Made by a program: the position numbers and the translations under genes | Assembly: GCA_041649715.1 (NCBI GenBank) | Contig: JBAZMP010000002.1 | Span: 4,964-68,963 of the forward strand | Direction of reading: 5' to 3' | Length of the DNA: 64,000 nucleotides | From: Patescibacteria group bacterium | Lineage (GTDB): Bacteria; Patescibacteriota; Patescibacteriia; JAXHNJ01 | Notes under the pieces: generated by a model | Databases searched by the model: none | Seen by the model: only the letters and a program-made list of their open reading frames with translations | Told to the model about the DNA's origin: nothing | Shown here: positions 57,959 through 64,000 of the stretch, in pieces | Layout: every line of letters starts with the position of its first letter | Position numbering within the stretch: position 1 is the stretch's first letter

Positions 57959-58125
57959 AAGATACAGGAAACAAGTGTCCAAACAATTACCAATATCCAA
58001 TAACCAATTTTTTAAACCATTTATTATGTTAGATGTGTTTAGTTATTGATTATTGGTGCTCGAATATTGCCTTCGCCCTGGCTCAGGCTAGGGGTTTGTA
58101 TCTTGTTTCTTGGTTATTGTTTCTT
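57959..58125. repeat. inverted pair of degenerate heptamer arrays with a REP-like insert
   Basis: Left arm AAGATAC AGGAAAC...AATTACC AATATCC AATAACC; right arm is the reverse-complement pattern with an insert at ~58070-58094. Confidence 0.7.
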
Positions 58126-58509
58126 CGCCAAAAGCGGTCCTATCAGCACGCCGACAAAGACCAGATAGGTGCTCCACTGGCCAAAGACTTTATCCGTCGT
58201 GCCGTTAGGCAAAGCGATGACTAAAAGAATGCCGGCGACAATGGCCGTCCAGATGAGGCCATAGAGCAGGGCCTGTCCGTTGCCCGCGGGCTTGATAATC
58301 CTGGCGAAGAGCCAGGAGATAAAAGTCATCAAGATCGCGATGATGACTCCCGTCCACCATAAGCCGGCCGGCTCGTCGGATCCGGTGAGTTGCGACATCA
58401 AAAAGAGCAAAAGCATGGTGATAATGAAGAGCAAAAAGCCGAAGATTATCGCCAGCAACCATTTTGTTTTTGGCTTTACTTTTTCCAAACCGATAGGGTT
58501 GTTTTCCAT
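58114..58509 (-). CDS. hypothetical membrane protein
   Basis: 4 hydrophobic segments. Confidence 0.7.
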   Translation of the reverse strand: MENNPIGLEKVKPKTKWLLAIIFGFLLFIITMLLLFLMSQLTGSDEPAGLWWTGVIIAILMTFISWLFARIIKPAGNGQALLYGLIWTAIVAGILLVIALPNGTTDKVFGQWSTYLVFVGVLIGPLLAKKQ

Positions 58510-58558
58510 AGATTTTTTTAAATTTAATTTCGGTACATTATATATAATTATTTCAATC

Positions 58559-59044
58559 TTAGCGCAATATCAATCCATATAATTGAGCGTCTTTACGACA
58601 GAATTGTTGCTTGATTGTTCCTTCCCAGACGAACCCTTTTTTCTTATATAGATTTACGGCCGGTACTAATTCTTCTTGTGTCCAAAGCCAGATTTTTCCG
58701 CAGTTATTTTGTCTCGCAAACTCTATTACTTTATCGACTAATTTTGAACCGATTCCTTGTTTTCGATATTTCTCCTTTACCATCATATCGCCCAAGCGAA
58801 TATTCATTAAGCCTAAAAATGCGGTATCGATATAACAAGTGGCTACCGCCTGGCCATTCTCGTCAGTCGCTAGAAGATACTCCCTGGTTTTGTTGGAGCC
58901 GTCAAAGTACTTTGTTAAATCTTCATAATTATCAATCTTTATCAGCTCGGCCGGCAATTTGCCTTTTAATTTTTTCCACTCAGAATATACTTCAATCAAT
59001 TTATCAATATCGTTTTTAGTGGCATAGTTAATAATAATCTTCAT
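58559..59044 (-). CDS. GNAT-family N-acetyltransferase
   Basis: V...YRKQGIGSKL, AVNLYKKKGF. Confidence 0.9.
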   Translation of the reverse strand: MKIIINYATKNDIDKLIEVYSEWKKLKGKLPAELIKIDNYEDLTKYFDGSNKTREYLLATDENGQAVATCYIDTAFLGLMNIRLGDMMVKEKYRKQGIGSKLVDKVIEFARQNNCGKIWLWTQEELVPAVNLYKKKGFVWEGTIKQQFCRKDAQLYGLILR

Positions 59045-59065
59045 TGTAATTTCACTTGTTATATT

Positions 59066-59635
59066 TTATTTTTCGTCTTCAAATTTAACGACATTTTTCC
59101 CTCGCTGTTGATTCTCGGATTCAAGTGATTTCAATATGCTCAGTCCGTGGTCTCCGGCTTCCCGGATTTTTTTAAAAGTTGATTTATCAACGAAATAGAC
59201 TTGGACGCCATTTTCAATCATGGCTTCAAGCCCGCTTTTGTATGGAGTTTTATCACTCAAACTGACGGTTTTTTTGCCGGTCCACTCGCGACCAGTTTTA
59301 CTTCTTTTAGGATCAGTTTCAAATGTTTCGCTGGGGAGCGAGTATATCGTACCGCCTTGGTCCAATTCTTCAAATAGTTTTTTATCGCTAATTATGTGAC
59401 AGTTTACGCCGTCAAATACCGATTTTTGCGTCCATCTATCGTCTGATGGGACGAGAAACATTGAAGCGTAGGCTTTGTCGGGGGTGGCAAAAATTACTGG
59501 ACCCTCTTCGGGATCGCGAAAAGTTTCTACCCGCGGTTCAAATTCATTTATTTCTCGGTTGGGAGAGGCATGATACAAAAATGGCGGTTTTTCTTCTTGT
59601 TCAGGCGAGTCAAAATTTTGTTCCGGATTTTCCAC
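59066..59635 (-). CDS. hypothetical protein, possible ADP-ribosyltransferase fold
   Basis: LYHAS...FEPR...VIFATP...IYSL...EW spacing; GTG start. Confidence 0.6.
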   Translation of the reverse strand: MENPEQNFDSPEQEEKPPFLYHASPNREINEFEPRVETFRDPEEGPVIFATPDKAYASMFLVPSDDRWTQKSVFDGVNCHIISDKKLFEELDQGGTIYSLPSETFETDPKRSKTGREWTGKKTVSLSDKTPYKSGLEAMIENGVQVYFVDKSTFKKIREAGDHGLSILKSLESENQQRGKNVVKFEDEK

Positions 59636-59653
59636 AGATTTATTTTTAATATA

Positions 59654-59992
59654 TTAGTGTGGAAAGATTATCTCGCCCAAGGCGAACATCAGCCAGAAGC
59701 CGCCGACCAGGCAGAGAAGAATAAAGACAATAATGTTTAAGATAGTCCTTTCCTTAATTTTGAAAATTGCCTTGATGCTATAATAGAGGCCAAAGATAAA
59801 GAATACGATTTCCAGCAAGACCGAGAAAAAACCGCCGGGTATCCGAAAAAGACGAGCGGTAAGATTGCCAAGAGAAACAAACAGCAAGCCCCAAACAATA
59901 GTGATAATGCCAAAGATCAGGGCTCTTTTACCTTCCTTGGTCTGGGGCAACCATTTTCTGGCGGGTTTTTCCGAATTTGTTGGGTTTTCCAT
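59654..59992 (-). CDS. hypothetical membrane protein
   Basis: 3 TMs, KERT loop, GEIIFPH end. Confidence 0.7.
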   Translation of the reverse strand: MENPTNSEKPARKWLPQTKEGKRALIFGIITIVWGLLFVSLGNLTARLFRIPGGFFSVLLEIVFFIFGLYYSIKAIFKIKERTILNIIVFILLCLVGGFWLMFALGEIIFPH

Positions 59993-60016
59993 GGATTTTT
60001 TTAAAAAATTATTTTC

Positions 60017-60583
60017 TTAAGTGTTTTTTAATAATTGCGCGGATATTTTTTTGACTTTCAACCGGCTATTTTTCGTCTGTTTTTTCAAAAAAAACTTGAC
60101 GTCGTTTCTTTGGAGGACTTCCGGCCCGAATTTTTCCAAAGATACCAAGACCTGCTGGATGGCGACATTAGTGCATTCAGGCGATATCTTGCCCTTGCTG
60201 TAATATTTGTTTTTTCCCACAGAGAGCAGGGCTTTCAGGATTTTTTCCCGATATTTGGGTTTATGGCCGGCGATTTCTCCCAAGGCCTTGATGGCATTGC
60301 CGGCGGTGATCATCATGGGGTCGGAAAGAAGGGCAATAAGTTTTGGAATCAATCGGTCAACTTTGTTTTTTGAATCAACCCGGGAAAGATTGCCGATGAT
60401 GATGGTGGCTGTCCATTTCATCACGTTTTTGTCGCTGTCCAAAAAGGCCGGAAAAAAATCAAAATCAGGATAAAGCGCCTTGGGATTATCCCGGGAAGTA
60501 TTAATGGCTTGTTTGGCGCAACAATACTTGATTTCGGGTTTATCCGCCAAGAGATCCTGCAGATTTAGTTTTTTCTTTTCCAT
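60017..60583 (-). CDS. HEAT-repeat-like protein
   Basis: Helical repeats (LIALLSD...AGNAIKALGEIA); start set at ATG 60583. Confidence 0.7.
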   Translation of the reverse strand: MEKKKLNLQDLLADKPEIKYCCAKQAINTSRDNPKALYPDFDFFPAFLDSDKNVMKWTATIIIGNLSRVDSKNKVDRLIPKLIALLSDPMMITAGNAIKALGEIAGHKPKYREKILKALLSVGKNKYYSKGKISPECTNVAIQQVLVSLEKFGPEVLQRNDVKFFLKKQTKNSRLKVKKISAQLLKNT

Positions 60584-60589
60584 GGTTTT

Positions 60590-60652
60590 AGAATACTCTT
60601 TTTTTGGCCAAAAATCAAAAATGTTGACTTTTGCATATGTAATTCTTATACT
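60590..60652. promoter_or_regulatory. back-to-back divergent sigma70 promoters
   Basis: Minus: TTGATT-17-TATTCT (60618-60590); plus: TTGACT-17-TATACT (60624-60652). Confidence 0.65.
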
Positions 60653-60693
60653 AAATATGTATTCATTATTAAGCATTAAATACGAAAAGACCT

Positions 60694-61785
60694 ATGACAA
60701 AAAAGATTTTACTTTTCGTGGCCGTGATTGGCGCCCTGGTCTTTGCTTGGCCGGCGGCGGATTGTCGAGCCGCGAACATTGCCGGTGGCAGCAGCCTGGA
60801 TAATGCCGTCGAGCTTAAAGCGGGCACCCATACCGGCGGAGCGATTAACGGGGATACGACCCAGTATTTCTACGTCACCCTGGGACAGGGGCAGCAAATT
60901 ACCGCCAAAGTACTGTATACCACCAACGTCCAATACGGGACATTAAGTACGTTGGCTCTGTACGATCAGGACCGTAACCAGGTCGTGGAACAATTCGAAG
61001 CAAATTATTCCACTGTGACCCTCACGGCCAATTGGCTGGTCAACGGCGACCAATCGTCTTACAAATATTATCTGAAGCTGGCTTCGGATGATGACGGCAT
61101 CAGTTCGTATAACCTGACTTTGACCATCGCCAATAAATACGATGGCGGGTCCACTCAGGATGCCCCGACTACTTTTGAAAAAGCGCTGAGCGTAACGGCC
61201 GGCACGACCAAAGGCTATCTGGCAGGTGGCACCGAGGCGGGCAACGACACGACGGATATGTACGCCCTTGTTCCTACGGTCAACGGCTCGTATACCATTA
61301 CGGTGACGCCGCCCACCGACGGACAAATAGGGGTGACTGTCTACGACGCAAACCGTCAGGAAGTGGATTCGCAGATCGGCAACAATGCCGGCAGCATCGT
61401 GACCAGCACTGTTCAGGCCGCTCAGGGCGCCAATTTATTCATCAAAGTCGGCTGCGATTATTACTGCAGTAATACACTCACCGAGTACCAGATGGTGATC
61501 GCCGCACCGGCGACAACAAACACCAACGGCAGCACAACAGCCGTCAATCAGAACGTCAATGCTTCAAGCAATGCCAATGCTAATACTAATACCGCCGTGA
61601 AAGCGAACAGCAACGGTAATATCAATACTAATACCGCCGCGAAAGATGAGGAAAGCGATTCCCTGACGCTCTATTTGATAATCGGCGGAGCGGTGATTCT
61701 CGTGGCGTTGATTGTGGTCATTATTATTGTGGTAAAAAAGAAAAAAACAAGTGCTCCGACGCAGGAACCGCCAGCAAAGAAATAA
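60694..61785 (+). CDS. surface protein: two PPC-like beta-sandwich repeats, Asn-rich stalk, C-terminal TM anchor
   Basis: Signal peptide; repeats A..L.AG...G.......Y...LYD.NR..V; N-rich linker; TM + KKKK. Confidence 0.8.
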   Translation: MTKKILLFVAVIGALVFAWPAADCRAANIAGGSSLDNAVELKAGTHTGGAINGDTTQYFYVTLGQGQQITAKVLYTTNVQYGTLSTLALYDQDRNQVVEQFEANYSTVTLTANWLVNGDQSSYKYYLKLASDDDGISSYNLTLTIANKYDGGSTQDAPTTFEKALSVTAGTTKGYLAGGTEAGNDTTDMYALVPTVNGSYTITVTPPTDGQIGVTVYDANRQEVDSQIGNNAGSIVTSTVQAAQGANLFIKVGCDYYCSNTLTEYQMVIAAPATTNTNGSTTAVNQNVNASSNANANTNTAVKANSNGNINTNTAAKDEESDSLTLYLIIGGAVILVALIVVIIIVVKKKKTSAPTQEPPAKK

Positions 61786-61801
61786 GATCCGATATATCTT
61801 C

Positions 61802-61832
61802 AAAAGAACTGCACCGCAAGGGCAGTTCTTTT
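61802..61832. terminator. bidirectional terminator
   Basis: AAAAGAACTGC...GCAGTTCTTTT. Confidence 0.8.
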
Positions 61833-61882
61833 AGTTTGAAAAGCAGTATCAATTATTTTTTGCCTGCCCGCCTTGGGCGGGG

Positions 61883-62347
61883 TTATTGGTTATTCTTCAA
61901 GATTTCTTTCGCCCACCCGGCCGCTCTTTCCATTTCGTTCTGGCCAAGTGGTCCTTTCGTGCCTGAGACAATGAAACCCGCAGGGGCGGCGACTAACTGG
62001 CCACCCTTGCCTTGCAGCTCTTTGACTATTCGGCCGGCGGCATAACCGAATATTTTCAGGATAAAAATCTTTAAGTGAGTATCAAAGGCTGTCACTTTGA
62101 TGTTCTTTAGTCCGTCCGCCGGAATTTTATCCAGGAAAGCTTTTATGGCCGGGCTAGGCCGGCCGCCGTGCGTGGGGGAGCCAATGATGAGCAAATCAAT
62201 TGATTCAATATCGGAGATCTTGGCCTCGTCGGCCCTGATTATTTTAACTACGTTTGAGGGGGCTGAGGGGGTTAAGGCCTCGGCCACGGCTTGGGCGATT
62301 TTTTCCGTGTTGCCGTAGAGGGAGTCGTAGATAATCAAAATATTCAT
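61883..62347 (-). CDS. flavodoxin family protein
   Basis: YDSLYGNTEKIA, GSPTHGG, AFDT. Confidence 0.92.
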   Translation of the reverse strand: MNILIIYDSLYGNTEKIAQAVAEALTPSAPSNVVKIIRADEAKISDIESIDLLIIGSPTHGGRPSPAIKAFLDKIPADGLKNIKVTAFDTHLKIFILKIFGYAAGRIVKELQGKGGQLVAAPAGFIVSGTKGPLGQNEMERAAGWAKEILKNNQ

Positions 62348-62350
62348 AGA

Positions 62351-63283
62351 TTATTGATTTATTCTGTATTCCATTAACACGTAGGTTAAATACAGCAGGA
62401 GCAAAATAAAGGCTTCTTTTTTTGTCAGAATTTTGCCGGATCGCATGAAAGAAAAAAGAATAACGGCCGTGAAGACCATAAACATAGCGGTCAGATATAT
62501 AATCCGGGTCGGAAAAGAAAAGGGGTGGATGACCGCGATTAGGCCGACCGCGATGGTGGCGTCGGAAATCACCGTGCCCAGGATATCGCCTAAAGCAAGA
62601 CCGCTTGCTTTTTGCCTGACGGCCCGCAAGGAAAAAAATAACTCCGGCAAGGTTGTGCTCAAGCCCACAACTAGCAGACCGACTAGGATGGGATTGATGC
62701 GGACAGAATCGGCTAAAGCGACGCCGTATTTCACGGTCAGGTGGGAGCCTAAAAGCAAGACCGCCAGACTGAGTATCAGAAAAAGGATGTTGCGGAAAGG
62801 CCGGTTCGGCACATTCTCGTTTAAGGGTTGTGCGCGGGAAAAATTTTTCCGGAAGGTCCACCAAAAAAAGAAAACGCCGGTCGCCAAAAGCAGAACCCCT
62901 TCAAGCCGGGAGTAATAACCGTCAAAGCCGACAAAAATAGGGACGGCCAGCAGCAAGGGAAACCATTGGTTGCAATCCAGGATTTGGCTGCTGATTTTTA
63001 TCCCCCTAACCGAGAATAAAACTATTAAAGCGAAGACCAGGGTCAGGTCGGCAATGTTTGAGCCGAAAAGAGTGCCTAAACCGAAAGAAGGAATGCCCTT
63101 GATCGAGGAATCAAGGGCGATAAATGTTTCCGGCAGGATGGAGATAACCGCCACGATCAAAAAGCCGACGACATAATTAGGCAGCCGTAAAATCCGCGCC
63201 AAGTTAATAGCGTATTTTATGGAGAAGTCGGCGCTTTTGATGACCAGGAATAAAGAGAGGGCAAGGAAAAGTAAGTTAAGCAT
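62351..63283 (-). CDS. calcium/sodium antiporter (CaCA, YrbG-like)
   Basis: SILPE...GSNIAD and TTLPEL...GDILGT alpha repeats. Confidence 0.9.
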   Translation of the reverse strand: MLNLLFLALSLFLVIKSADFSIKYAINLARILRLPNYVVGFLIVAVISILPETFIALDSSIKGIPSFGLGTLFGSNIADLTLVFALIVLFSVRGIKISSQILDCNQWFPLLLAVPIFVGFDGYYSRLEGVLLLATGVFFFWWTFRKNFSRAQPLNENVPNRPFRNILFLILSLAVLLLGSHLTVKYGVALADSVRINPILVGLLVVGLSTTLPELFFSLRAVRQKASGLALGDILGTVISDATIAVGLIAVIHPFSFPTRIIYLTAMFMVFTAVILFSFMRSGKILTKKEAFILLLLYLTYVLMEYRINQ

Positions 63284-63301
63284 GGTTATTGTTTTTCCAA
63301 T

Positions 63302-63799
63302 TTAAAATAGGCCCAAGACTCCATAATAAATAAGGCTAACTATTATGCCCGCCATGATGACTCCGGCGGCAATAGACGGCAGAGCCTTTTTAAATGGGAT
63401 ATTAAAAAGGAAAGCGGCGATGGCGCCGGTCCAGGCGCCGGTTAAAGGCAAGGGAATGCCGACAAAAACAGCCAAGGCGATCAGCAGGCCGTATCTTTTG
63501 GCGCTGCTTTCAAATTTTTTCCGGGTGCGGCTGAAAAGCCAGGTAAAAAAACGGTTGAAAAATTTTGATTTTCTCATCAAAAAATTTGAGACCGGTTCCA
63601 GCCACCATAAAATAAACAAGATAGGCAGCAGATTGCCGATGAATGACCACAAAAATGCGCTCCATAAAGGCAGGTGAAAAGAACCCAAGGCGATCGGCAA
63701 AGCGACTCTTAATTCGGCAATTGGAATCATTGCTATTAGAAGGGTAGCCAATTCCGGAGGGAAATTATTAAATAAAGCGGCATAATCAATATTAAACAT
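63302..63799 (-). CDS. small multi-drug export-like protein (COG2426)
   Basis: PIAELRVALP, FVGIPLPLTGAWTG. Confidence 0.88.
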   Translation of the reverse strand: MFNIDYAALFNNFPPELATLLIAMIPIAELRVALPIALGSFHLPLWSAFLWSFIGNLLPILFILWWLEPVSNFLMRKSKFFNRFFTWLFSRTRKKFESSAKRYGLLIALAVFVGIPLPLTGAWTGAIAAFLFNIPFKKALPSIAAGVIMAGIIVSLIYYGVLGLF

Positions 63800-63871
63800 T
63801 TTTGTTTTTTAATAGTTGTAAATTTTTTGCTTGACGATTCTTAGGAGTGGCTAAATTGACGATGAATTCGA

Positions 63872-64000
63872 TCAAGCCCATATTTTTTTCAATGATTTTT
63901 TCTGATCTTTAATAATTCTTATATTTTTCGCATGACCGAAAGGATTGGCGGGCGACGGATGGTATAACGGTATTATACAATAGGCTTTACCTTTATAGGT
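63872..64000 (-). CDS. C-terminal fragment of uracil-DNA glycosylase-superfamily protein (runs off window)
   Basis: Hand translation TYKGKAYCIIPLYHPSPANPFGHAKN...IWA*; HPSP motif. Confidence 0.6.
   Translation of the reverse strand, partial: TYKGKAYCIIPLYHPSPANPFGHAKNIRIIKDQKKSLKKIWA

Noticed and set aside
1198-63677. Numerous 60-200 aa antisense or alternate-frame ORFs in the track
   Set aside because: Shadows of well-supported genes with no independent motifs or expression signals
1-64000. tRNA, rRNA, prophage or IS elements
   Set aside because: No cloverleaf, rRNA-like tract, phage structural gene or transposase recognised

Overview
Chromosomal window from a small-genome bacterium that looks like Patescibacteria/CPR (inference from CPR-type pilins, PBP1A with Ig-like tail, mostly SD-less starts; TGA acts as stop, so code 11). 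Left: replication-origin block (PilB/GspE ATPase, DHH protein, tsaE, PRC-barrel, yidC-yidD-rnpA-rpmH / dnaA-oriC-dnaN-dciA), PBP1A, ROK kinase, tyrS. Middle: a long minus-strand yebC-ruvC-alpha-glucan operon (GH15, 2x GlgA, 2x GH57, tandem APH-fold kinase, GalT-like, no glgC/glgB), PGI/PMI, five GT-C-like membrane glycosyltransferases, four pilin-like genes, SBP, galU. Right: accessory region with a duplicated cytochrome b5 module and a 7-gene array (48.3-55.6 kb) of surface proteins. These share DNA-conserved N-terminal export leaders (KKSFFK[K/R]FWW+TM, or a SACKKT lipobox) fused to M23-like, CBM-like or propeller bodies, and one member is frameshifted. This array is the best candidate for an undescribed system. 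Also present: a nonsense-interrupted gene, structured intergenic elements and an empty heptamer inverted-repeat element. No rRNA, tRNA, CRISPR or transposase was recognised. All calls come from motif reading by eye; no database searches were run.
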